Assembly: GCF_009914755.1 (NCBI RefSeq)
Contig: NC_060942.1
Direction: 5' to 3' (one strand)
From: the human T2T-CHM13v2.0 reference genome, Homo sapiens
DNA: 64,000 nucleotides
Positions 38,888 through 51,086 of this stretch are shown here, in pieces. The notes under the pieces were generated by a model. The model worked only from the letters and a program-made list of their open reading frames with translations, made no database searches and had not been told where the DNA came from. Each line of letters opens with the position of its first letter. The stretch's first letter is position 1. Made by a program: the position numbers and the translations under genes.

Positions 38888-40922
38888 CATTCTCAGAAAC
38901 TAGTTTCTGATGTGTGTCCTCAACTAACACAGTTGAACATTTCTTTAGACAGAACAGTTTTGAAACACTCTTTTTGTGGAATCTGCAAGTGGCTATTTGG
39001 CTAGATTTGAGGATTTCGTTGGAAACGGGATTACATATAAAAAGCAGACAGCAGCATTCTCAGAAAGTTCTTTGTGATGATTGCATTCAAGTCACAGAAT
39101 TGAACATTCCCTTTCACAGAGCAGGTTTGAAACACTCTTTTTGTAGTGTGTGTAAGTGGACATTTGGAGCACTTTCCGGCCTAAGGTGAAAAAGGAAATA
39201 TCTTCCCATAAAAACTAGACAGAAGCACTCTCAGAAACTTACTCGTGATGTGTGTCCTCAACTAAAGGAGTAGAACCTTTGTTTTCATAGAGAAGTTTTG
39301 AAACGCTCTTTTTGTGGAATCCGCAAGTGGATATTTGGCTAGTTTGGAGGATTTCATTGGAAGCGGGAATTCATACAAATTGCAGACTGCAGCGTTCTGA
39401 GAAACATCTTTGTGATGTTTGTATTCAGGACACAGAGTTGAACATTCCCTATCATAGAGCAGGTTTGAATCACTCCTTTTGTAGTATCTGGAAGTGGACA
39501 TTTGGAGCGCTTTCAGGCCTATGTTGGAAAAGGAAATATCTTCCCATAACAACTAGACAGAAGCATTCTCAGAAACTTATTTGAGATGTGTGTACTCAAC
39601 TAAGAGAATTGAACCACCGTTTTGAAGGAGCAGTTTTGAAACACTCTTTTTCTGGAATCTGCAAGTGGATATTTGGCTAGCTTTGGGGATTTCGCTGGAA
39701 GCGGGAATACATATAAAAAGCACACAGCAGCGTTCTGAGAAACTGCTTTCTGATGTTTGCATTCAAGTCAAAAGTTGAACACTCCCTTTCATAGAGCAGT
39801 CCTGAAACACTCCTTTTGTAGTATCTGGAACTGGACTTTTGGAGCGCTTTCAGGGCTAAGGTGAAAAAGGAAATATCTTCCCATAAAAACTGGACAGAAG
39901 CATTCTCAGAAACTTGTTTATGCTGTATCTACTCAACTAACAAAGTTGAACCTTTCTTTTGATAGAGCAGTTTTGAAATGCTCTTTTTGTGGAATCTGCA
40001 AGTGGATATTTGGCTAGTTTTGAGGATTTCGTTGGAAGCGGGAATTCATACAAATTGCAGACTGCAGCGTTCTGAGAAACATCTTTGTGATGTTTGTATT
40101 CAGGACAGAGAGTTGAACATTCCCTATCATAGAGCAGGTTGGAATCACTCCTTTTGTAGTATCTGGAAGTGGACATTTGGAGCGCTTTCTGGCCTATGTT
40201 GAAAAAGGAAATATCTTCCCATAACAACTAGACACAAGCATTCTCAGAAACTTGTTTGTGATGTGTGCCCTCTACTGACAGAGTTGAACCTTTCTTTTCA
40301 TAGAGCAGTTTTGAAACACTCTTTTTGTAGAATCTGCAAGAGGATATTTGCATAGCTTTGAGGATTTCGTGGGAAACGGGATTGTCTTCAGGTAAAATCT
40401 AGACAGAAGCATTCTCAGAAACTTCTTTGGGATGTTTGCATTCAAGTCACAGAGTAGAACATTCCCTTTGGTAGAGCAGGTTTGAAACACTCTTTTTGTA
40501 GTATCTGGAAGTGGACATTTGGAGCGCTTTCAGGCCTATGTTGGAAAGGGAAATATCTTCCGGTAACAACTAGGCAGAAGCATTCTCAGAAACTTATTTG
40601 AGATGTGTGTACTCAACTAAGAGAATTGAACCACCGTTTTGAAGGAGCAGTTTTGAAACACTCTTTTTCTGGAATCTGCAAGAGGATATTTGCCTAGCTT
40701 TGAGGATTTCGTTGGAAACGGGATTGTGTTCAGATCAAATCTAGACAGAAGCATTCTCAGAAACTTCTTTGGGATGTTTGCATTCAAGTCACAGAGTAGA
40801 ACATTCCCTTTGGTAGAGCAGGTGTGAAACACTCTTTTTTTAGTATATGGAAGTGGACATTTGGAGCGCTTTCAGGCCTACGTTGGAAAACGAAATATCT
40901 TCCCATAACAACTAGACAGAAG

Positions 40923-41597
40923 CATTCTCAGAAACTAGTTTCTGATGTGTGTCCTCAACTAACACAGTTGAACATTTCTTTAGACAGAACAGTTTTGAAA
41001 CTCTCTTTTTGTGGAATCTGCAAGTGGCTATTTGGCTAGATTTGAGGATTTCGTTGGAAACGGGATTACATATAAAAAGCAGACAGCAGCATTCTCAGAA
41101 AGTTCTTTGTGATGATTGCATTCAAGTCACAGAATTGAACATTCCCTTTCACAGAGCAGGTTTGAAACACTCTTTTTGTAGTGTGTGTAAGTGGACATTT
41201 GGAGCACTTTCCGGCCTAAGGTGAGAAAGGAAATATCTTCCCATAAAAACTAGACAGAAGCATTCTCAGAAACTTACTCGTGATGTGTGTCCTCAACTAA
41301 AGGAGTAGAACCTTTCTTTCATAGAGAAGTTTTGAAACGCTCTTTTTGTGGAATCTGCAAGTGGATATTTGGCTAGTTTGGAGGATTTCGTTGGAAGCGG
41401 GAATTGATACAAATTGCAGACTGCAGCGTTCTGAGAAACATCTTTGTGATGTTTGTATTCAGGACACAGAGTTGAACATTCCCTATCATAGAGCAGGTTG
41501 GAATCACTCCTTTTGTAGTATCTGGAAGTGGACATTTGGAGCGCTTTCAGGCCTACGTTGGAAAAGGAAATATCTTCCCATAACAACTAGACAGAAG
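40923..41597 (+). repeat. 4-mer HOR variant, copy 4
   Basis: 675-bp spacing; same markers; EcoRI site lost (GAATTG at 41401). Confidence 0.95.
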
Positions 41598-43632
41598 CAT
41601 TCTCAGAAACTAGTTTCTGATGTGTGTCCTCAACTAACACAGTTGAACATTTCTTTAGACAGAACAGTTTTGAAACACTCTTTTTGTGGAATCTGCAAGT
41701 GGCTATTTGGCTAGATTTGAGGATTTCGTTGGAAACGGGATTACATATAAAAAGCAGACAGCAGCATTCTCAGAAAGTTCTTTGTGATGATTGCATTCAA
41801 GTCACAGAATTGAACATTCCCTTTCACAGAGCAGGTTTGAAACACTCTTTTTGTAGTGTGTGTAAGCGGTCATTTGGAGCACTTTCCGGCCTAAGGTGGA
41901 AAAGGAAATATCTTCCCATAAAAACTAGACAGAAGCACTCTCAGAAACTTACTCGTGATGTGTGTCCTCAACTAAAGGAGTAGAACCTTTGTTTTCATAG
42001 AGAAGTTTTGAAACGCTCTTTTTGTGGAATCTGCAAGTGGATATTTGGCTAGTTTGGAGGATTTCGTTGGAAGCGGGAATTCATACAAATTGCAGACTGC
42101 AGCGTTCTGAGAAACATCTTTGTGATGTTTGTATTCAGGACACAGAGTTGAACATTCCCTATCATAGAGCAGGTTTGAATCACTCCTTTTGTAGTATCTG
42201 GAAGTGGACATTTGGAGCGCTTTCAGGCCTATGTTGGAAAAGGAAATATCTTCCCATAACAACTAGACAGAAGCATTCTCAGAAACTTATTTGAGATGTG
42301 TGTACTCAACTAAGAGAATTGAACCACCGTTTTGAAGGAGCAGTTTTGAAACACTCTTTTTCTGGAATCTGCAAGTGGATATTTGGCTAGCTTTGGGGAT
42401 TTCGCTGGAAGCGGGAATACATATAAAAAGCACACAGCAGCGTTCTGAGAAACTGCTTTCTGATGTTTGCATTCAAGTCAAAAGTTGAACACTCCCTTTC
42501 ATAGAGCAGTCCTGAAACACTCCTTTTGTAGTATCTGGAACTGGACTTTTGGAGCGCTTTCAGGGCTAAGGTGAAAAAGGAAATATCTTCCCATAAAAAC
42601 TGGACAGAAGCATTCTCAGAAACTTGTTTATGCTGTATCTACTCAACTAACAAAGTTGAACCTTTCTTTTGATAGAGCAGTTTTGAAATGCTCTTTTTGT
42701 GGAATCTGCAAGTGGATATTTGGCTAGTTTTGAGGATTTCGTTGGAAGCGGGAATTCATACAAATTGCAGACTGCAGCGTTCTGAGAAACATCTTTGTGA
42801 TGTTTGTATTCAGGACAGAGAGTTGAACATTCCCTATCATAGAGCAGGTTGGAATCACTCCTTTTGTAGTATCTGGAAGTGGACATTTGGAGCGCTTTCT
42901 GGCCTATGTTGAAAAAGGAAATATCTTCCCATAACAACTAGACACAAGCATTCTCAGAAACTTGTTTGTGATGTGTGCCCTCTACTGACAGAGTTGAACC
43001 TTTCTTTTCATAGAGCAGTTTTGAAACACTCTTTTTGTAGAATCTGCAAGAGGATATTTGCATAGCTTTGAGGATTTCGTGGGAAACGGGATTGTCTTCA
43101 GGTAAAATCTAGACAGAAGCATTCTCAGAAACTTCTTTGGGATGTTTGCATTCAAGTCACAGAGTAGAACATTCCCTTTGGTAGAGCAGGTTTGAAACAC
43201 TCTTTTTGTAGTATCTGGAAGTGGACATTTGGAGCGCTTTCAGGCCTATGTTGGAAAGGGAAATATCTTCCGGTAACAACTAGGCAGAAGCATTCTCAGA
43301 AACTTATTTGAGATGTGTGTACTCAACTAAGAGAATTGAACCACCGTTTTGAAGGAGCAGTTTTGAAACACTCTTTTTCTGGAATCTGCAAGAGGATATT
43401 TGCCTAGCTTTGAGGATTTCGTTGGAAACGGGATTGTGTTCAGATCAAATCTAGACAGAAGCATTCTCAGAAACTTCTTTGGGATGTTTGCATTCAAGTC
43501 ACAGAGTAGAACATTCCCTTTGGTAGAGCAGGTGTGAAACACTCTTTTTTTAGTATATGGAAGTGTACATTTGGAGCGCTTTCAGGTCTACGTTGGAAAA
43601 CGAAATATCTTCCCATAACAACTACACAGAAG

Positions 43633-44307
43633 CATTCTCAGAAACTAGTTTCTGATGTGTGTCCTCAACTAACACAGTTGAACATTTCTTTAGACAGAAC
43701 AGTTTTGAAACTCTCTTTTTGTGGAATCTGCAAGTGGCTATTTGGCTAGATTTGAGGATTTCGTTGGAAACGGGATTACATATAAAAAGCAGACAGCAGC
43801 ATTCTCAGAAAGTTCTTTGTGATGATTGCATTCAAGTCACAGAATTGAACATTCCCTTTCACAGAGCAGGTTTGAAACACTCTTTTTGTAGTGTGTGTAA
43901 GTGGACATTTGGAGCACTTTCCGGCCTAAGGTGAGAAAGGAAATATCTTCCCATAAAAACTAGACAGAAGCATTCTCAGAAACTTACTCGTGATGTGTGT
44001 CCTCAACTAAAGGAGTAGAACCTTTCTTTCATAGAGAAGTTTTGAAACGCTCTTTTTGTGGAATCTGCAAGTGGATATTTGGCTAGTTTGGAGGATTTCG
44101 TTGGAAGCGGGAATTCATACAAATTGCAGACTGCAGCGTTCTGAGAAACATCTTTGTGATGTTTGTATTCAGGACACAGAGTTGAACATTCCCTATCATA
44201 GAGCAGGTTGGAATCACTCCTTTTGTAGTATCTGGAAGTGGACATTTGGAGCGCTTTCAGGCCTACGTTGGAAAAGGAAATATCTTCCCATAACAACTAG
44301 ACAGAAG
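43633..44307 (+). repeat. 4-mer HOR variant, copy 5
   Basis: 675-bp spacing; same markers. Confidence 0.95.
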
Positions 44308-47300
44308 CATTCTCAGAAACTAGTTTCTGATGTGTGTCCTCAACTAACACAGTTGAACATTTCTTTAGACAGAACAGTTTTGAAACACTCTTTTTGTGGA
44401 ATCTGCAAGTGGCTATTTGGCTAGATTTGAGGATTTCGTTGGAAACGGGATTACATATAAAAAGCAGACAGCAGCATTCTCAGAAAGTTCTTTGTGATGA
44501 TTGCATTCAAGTCACAGAATTGAACATTCCCTTTCACAGAGCAGGTTTGAAACACTCTTTTTATAGTGTGTGTAAGTGGACATTTGGAGCACTTTCCGGC
44601 CTAAGGTGAAAAAGGAAATATCTTCCCATAAAAACTAGACAGAAGCATTCTCAGAAACTTACTCGTGATGTGTGTCCTCAACTAAAGGAGTAGAACCTTT
44701 CTTTTCATAGAGAAGTTTTGAAACGCTCTTTTTGTGGAATCTGCAAGTGGATATTTGGCTAGTTTTGAGGATTTCGTTGGAAGCGGGAATTCATACAAAT
44801 TGCAGACTGCAGCGTTCTGAGAAACATCTTTGTGATGTTTGTATTCAGGACACAGAGTTGAACATTCCCTATCATAGAGCAGGTTTGAATCACTCCTTTT
44901 GTAGTATCTGGAAGTGGACATTTGGAGCGCTTTCAGGCCTATGTTGGAAAAGGAAATATCTTCCCATAACAACCAGACAGAAGCATTCTCAGAAACTTAT
45001 TTGAGATGTGTGTACTCAACTAAGAGAATTGAACCACCGTTTTGAAGGAGCAGTTTTGAAACACTCTTTTTCTGGAATCTGCAAGTGGATATTTGACTAG
45101 CTTTGGGGATTTCGCTGGAAGCGGGAATACATATAAAAAGCACACAGCAGCGTTCTGAGAAACTGCTTTCTGATGTTTGCATTCAAGTCAAAAGTTGAAC
45201 ACTCCCTTTCATAGTGCAGTCTGAAACACTCCTTTTGTAGTATCTGGAACTGGACTTTTGGAGCGCTTTCAGGGCTAAGGTGAAAAAGGAAATATCTTCC
45301 CATAAAAACTGGACAGAAGCATTCTCAGAAACTTGTTTATGCTGTATCTACTCAACTAACAAAGTTGAACCTTTCTTTTGATAGAGCAGTTTTGAAATGC
45401 TCTTTTTGTGGAATCTGCAAGTGGATATTTGGCTAGTTTTGAGGATTTCGTTGGAAGCGGGAATTCATACAAATTGCAGACTGCAGCGTTCTGAGAAACA
45501 TCTTTGTGATGTTTGTATTCAGGACAGAGAGTTGAACATTCCCTATCATAGAGCAGGTTGGAATCACTCCTTTTGTAGTATCTGGAAGTGGACATTTGGA
45601 GCGCTTTCAGGCCTATGTTGAAAAAGGAAATATCTTCCCATAACAACTAGACACAAGCATTCTCAGAAACTTGTTTGTGATGTGTGCCCTCTACTGACAG
45701 AGTTGAACCTTTCTTTTCATAGAGCAGTTTTGAAACACTCTTTTTGTAGAATCTGCAAGAGGATATTTGCATAGCTTTGAGGATTTCGTGGGAAACGGGA
45801 TTGTCTTCAGGTAAAATCTAGACAGAAGCATTCTCAGAAACTTCTTTGGGATGTTTGCATTCAAGTCACAGAGTAGAACATTCCCTTTGGTAGAGCAGGT
45901 TTGAAACACTCTTTTTGTAGTATCTGGAAGTGGACATTTGGAGCGCTTTCAGGCCTATGTTGGAAAGGGAAATATCTTCCCGTAACAACTAGGCAGAAGC
46001 ATTCTCAGAAACTTATTTGAGATGTGTGTACTCAACTAAGAGAATTGAACCACCGTTTTGAAGGAGCAGTTTTGAAACACTCTTTTTCTGGAATCTGCAA
46101 GAGGATATTTGCCTAGCCTTGAGGATTTCGTTGGAGACGGGATTGTCTTCAGATCAAATCTAGACAGAAGCATTCTCAGAAACTTCTTTGGGATGTTTGC
46201 ATTCAAGTCACAGAGTAGAACATTCCCTTTGGTAGAGCAGGTTTGAAACACTCTTTTTTTAGTATATGGAAGTGGACATTTGGAGCGCTTTCAGGCCTAC
46301 GTTGGAAAAGGAAATATCTTCCCATAACAACTAGACAGAAGCATTCTCAGAAACTAGTTTCTGATGTGTGTCCTCAACTAACACAGTTGAACATTTCTTT
46401 AGACAGAACAGTTTTGAAACTCTCTTTTTGTGGAATCTGCAAGTGGCTATTTGGCTAGATTTGAGGATTTCGTTGGAAACGGGATTACATATAAAAAGCA
46501 GACAGCAGCATTCTCAGAAAGTTCTTTGTGATGATTGCATTCAAGTCACAGAATTGAACATTCCCTTTCACAGAGCAGGTTTGAAACACTCTTTTTATAG
46601 TGTGTGTAAGTGGACATTTGGAGCACTTTCCGGCCTAAGGTGAAAAAGGAAATATCTTCCCATAAAAACTAGACAGAAGCATTCTCAGAAACTTACTCGT
46701 GATGTGTGTCCTCAACTAAAGGAGTAGAACCTTTCTTTTCATAGAGAAGTTTTGAAACGCTCTTTTTGTGGAATCTGCAAGTGGATATTTGGCTAGTTTG
46801 GAGGATTTCGTTGGAAGCGGGAATTCATACAAATTGCAGACTGCAGCGTTCTGAGAAACATCTTTGTGATGTTTGTATTCAGGACACAGAGTTGAACATT
46901 CCCTATCATAGAGCAGGTTGGAATCACTCCTTTTGTAGTATCTGGAAGTGGACATTTGGAGCGCTTTCAGGCCTATGTTGGAAAAGGAAATATCTTCCCA
47001 TAACAACTAGACAGAAGCATTCTCAGAAACTTATTTGAGATGTGTGTACTCAACTAAGAGAATTGAACCACCGTTTTGAAGGAGCAGTTTTGAAACACTC
47101 TTTCTCTGGAATCTGCAAGTGGATATTTGGCTAGCTTTGGGGATTTCGCTGGAGGCGGGAATACATATAAAAAGCACACAGCAGCGTTCTGAGAAACTGC
47201 TTTCTGATGTTTGCATTCAAGTCAAAAGTTGAACACTCCCTTTCATAGAGCAGTCCTGAAACACTCCTTTTGTAGTATCTGGAACTGGACTTTTGGAGCG

Positions 47301-48376
47301 CTTTCAGGGCTAAGGTGAAAAAGGAAATATCTTCCCATAAAAACTGGACAGAAGCATTCTCAGAAACTTGTTTATGCTGTATCTACTCAACTAACAAAGT
47401 TGAACCTTTCTTTTGATAGAGCAGTTTTGAAATGCTCTTTTTGTGGAATCTGCAAGTGGATATTTGGCTAGTTTTGAGGATTTCGTTGGAAGCGGGAATT
47501 CATACAAATTGCAGACTGCAGCGTTCTGAGAAACATCTTTGTGATGTTTGTATTCAGGACAGAGAGTTGAACATTCCCTATCATAGAGCAGGTTGGAATC
47601 ACTCCTTTTGTAGTATCTGGAAGTGGACATTTGGAGCGCTTTCAGGCCTATGTTGAAAAAGGAAATATCTTCCCATAACAACTAGACACAAGCATTCTCA
47701 GAAACTTGTTTGTGATGTGTGCCCTCTACTGACAGAGTTGAACCTTTCTTTTCATAGAGCAGTTTTGAAACACTCTTTTTGTAGAATCTGCAAGAGGATA
47801 TTTGCATAGCTTTGAGGATTTCGTGGGAAACGGGATTGTCTTCAGGTAAAATCTAGACAGAAGCATTCTCAGAAACTTCTTTGGGATGTTTGCATTCAAG
47901 TCACAGAGTAGAACATTCCCTTTGGTAGAGCAGGTTTGAAACACTCTTTTTGTAGTATCTGGAAGTGGACATTTGGAGCGCTTTCAGGCCTATGTTGGAA
48001 AGGGAAATATCTTCCGGTAACAACTAGGCAGAAGCATTCTCAGAAACTTATTTGAGATGTGTGTACTCAACTAAGAGAATTGAACCACCGTTTTGAAGGA
48101 GCAGTTTTGAAACACTCTTTTTCTGGAATCTGCAAGAGGATATTTGCCTAGCTTTGAGGATTTCGTTGGAAACGGGATTGTGTTCAGATCAAATCTAGAC
48201 AGAAGCATTCTCAGAAACTTCTTTGGGATGTTTGCATTCAAGTCACAGAGTAGAACATTCCCTTTGGTAGAGCAGGTGTGAAACACTCTTTTTTTAGTAT
48301 ATGGAAGTGTACATTTGGAGCGCTTTCAGGCCTACGTTGGAAAACGAAATATCTTCCCATAACAACTAGACAGAAG

Positions 48377-49051
48377 CATTCTCAGAAACTAGTTTCTGAT
48401 GTGTGTCCTCAACTAACACAGTTGAACATTTCTTTAGACAGAACAGTTTTGAAACTCTCTTTTTGTGGAATCTGCAAGTGGCTATTTGGCTAGATTTGAG
48501 GATTTCGTTGGAAACGGGATTACATATAAAAAGCAGACAGCAGCATTCTCAGAAAGTTCTTTGTGATGATTGCATTCAAGTCACAGAATTGAACATTCCC
48601 TTTCACAGAGCAGGTTTGAAACACTCTTTTTGTAGTGTGTGTAAGTGGACATTTGGAGCACTTTCCGGCCTAAGGTGAGAAAGGAAATATCTTCCCATAA
48701 AAACTAGACAGAAGCATTCTCAGAAACTTACTCGTGATGTGTGTCCTCAACTAAAGGAGTAGAACCTTTCTTTCATAGAGAAGTTTCGAAACGCTCTTTT
48801 TGTGGAATTTGCAAGTGGATATTTGGCTAGTTTGGAGGATTTCGTTGGAAGGGGGAATTCATACAAATTGCAGACTGCAGCGTTCTGAGAAACATCTTTG
48901 TGATGTTTGTATTCAGGACACAGAGTTGAACATTCCCTATCATAGAGCAGGTTGGAATCACTCCTTTTGTAGTATCTGGAAGTGGACATTTGGAGCGCTT
49001 TCAGGCCTACGTTGGAAAAGGAAATATCTTCCCATAACAACTAGACAGAAG
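48377..49051 (+). repeat. 4-mer HOR variant, copy 6
   Basis: 675-bp spacing; same markers; same mutated CENP-B box as copy 3. Confidence 0.95.
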
Positions 49052-51086
49052 CATTCTCAGAAACTAGTTTCTGATGTGTGTCCTCAACTAACACAGTTGA
49101 ACATTTCTTTAGACAGAACAGTTTTGAAACACTCTTTTTGTGGAATCTGCAAGTGGCTATTTGGCTAGATTTGAGGATTTCGTTGGAAACGGGATTACAT
49201 ATAAAAAGCAGACAGCAGCATTCTCAGAAAGTTCTTTGTGATGATTGCATTCAAGTCACAGAATTGAACATTCCCTTTCACAGAGCAGGTTTGAAACACT
49301 CTTTTTGTAGTGTGTGTAAGTGGACATTTGGAGCACTTTCCGGCCTAAGGTGAAAAAGGAAATATCTTCCCATAAAAACTAGACAGAAGCACCCTCAGAA
49401 ACTTACTCGTGATGTGTGTCCTCAACTAAAGGAGTAGAACCTTTCTTTTCATAGAGAAGTTTTGAAACGCTCTTTTTGTGGAATCTGCAAGTGGATATTT
49501 GGCTAGTTTGGAGGATTTCGTTGGAAGCGGGAATTCATACAAATTGCAGACTGCAGCGTTCTGAGAAACATCTTTGTGATGTTTGTATTCAGGACACAGA
49601 GTTGAACATTCCCTATCATAGAGCAGGTTTGAATCACTCCTTTTGTAGTATCTGGAAGTGGACATTTGGAGCGCTTTCAGGCCTATGTTGGAAAAGGAAA
49701 TATCTTCCCATAACAACTAGACAGAAGCATTCTCAGAAACTTATTTGAGATGTGTGTACTCAACTAAGAGAATTGAACCACCGTTTTGAAGGAGCAGTTT
49801 TGAAACACTCTTTTTCTGGAATCTGCAAGTGGATATTTGGCTAGCTTTGGGGATTTCGCTGGAAGCGGGAATACATATAAAAAGCACACAGCAGCGTTCT
49901 GAGAAACTGCTTTCTGATGTTTGCATTCAAGTCAAAAGTTGAACACTCCCTTTCATAGTGCAGTCCTGAAACACTCCTTTTGTAGTATCTGGAACTGGAC
50001 TTTTGGAGCGCTTTCAGGGCTAAGGTGAAAAATGAAATATCTTCCCATAAAAACTGGACAGAAGCATTCTCAGAAACTTGTTTATGCTGTATCTACTCAA
50101 CTAACAAAGTTGAACCTTTCTTTTGATAGAGCAGTTTTGAAATGCTCTTTTTGTGGAATCTGCAAGTGGATATTTGGCTAGTTTTGAGGATTTCGTTGGA
50201 AGCGGGAATTCATACAAATTGCAGACTGCAGCGTTCTGAGAAACATCTTTGTGATGTTTGTATTCAGGACAGAGAGTTGAACATTCCCTATCATAGAGCA
50301 GGTTGGAATCACTCCTTTTGTAGTATCTGGAAGTGGACATTTGGAGCGCTTTCAGGCCTATGTTGAAAAAGGAAATATCTTCCCATAACAACTAGACACA
50401 AGCATTCTCAGAAACTTGTTTGTGATGTGTGCCCTCTACTGACAGAGTTGAACCTTTCTTTTCATAGAGCAGTTTTGAAACACTCTTTTTGTAGAATCTG
50501 CAAGAGGATATTTGCATAGCTTTGAGGATTTCGTGGGAAACGGGATTGTCTTCAGGTAAAATCTAGACAGAAGCATTCTCAGAAACTTCTTTGGGATGTT
50601 TGCATTCAAGTCACAGAGTAGAACATTCCCTTTGGTAGAGCAGGTTTGAAACACTCTTTTTGTAGTATCTGGAAGTGGACATTTGGAGCGCTTTCAGGCC
50701 TATGTTGGAAAGGGAAATATCTTCCCGTAACAACTAGGCAGAAGCATTCTCAAAAACTTATTTGAGATGTGTGTACTCAACTAAGAGAATTGAACCACCG
50801 TTTTGAAGGAGCAGTTTTGAAACACTCTTTTTCTGGAATCTGCAAGAGGATATTTGCCTAGCCTTGAGGATTTCGTTGGAAACGGGATTGTCTTCAGATC
50901 AAATCTAGACAGAAGCATTCTCAGAAACTTCTTTGGGATGTTTGCATTCAAGTCACAGAGTAGAACATTCCCTTTGGTAGAGCAGGTTTGAAACACTCTT
51001 TTTTTAGTATATGGAAGTGGACATTTGGAGCGCTTTCAGGCCTACGTTGGAAAAGGAAATATCTTCCCATAACAACTAGACAGAAG

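Noticed and set aside
31181-49168. Longer 119-122 aa ORFs at the 4-mer variants
   Set aside because: They arise only because the m4-to-m1 junction (or a point change at 41899) removes a stop codon. There is no independent evidence of coding function.
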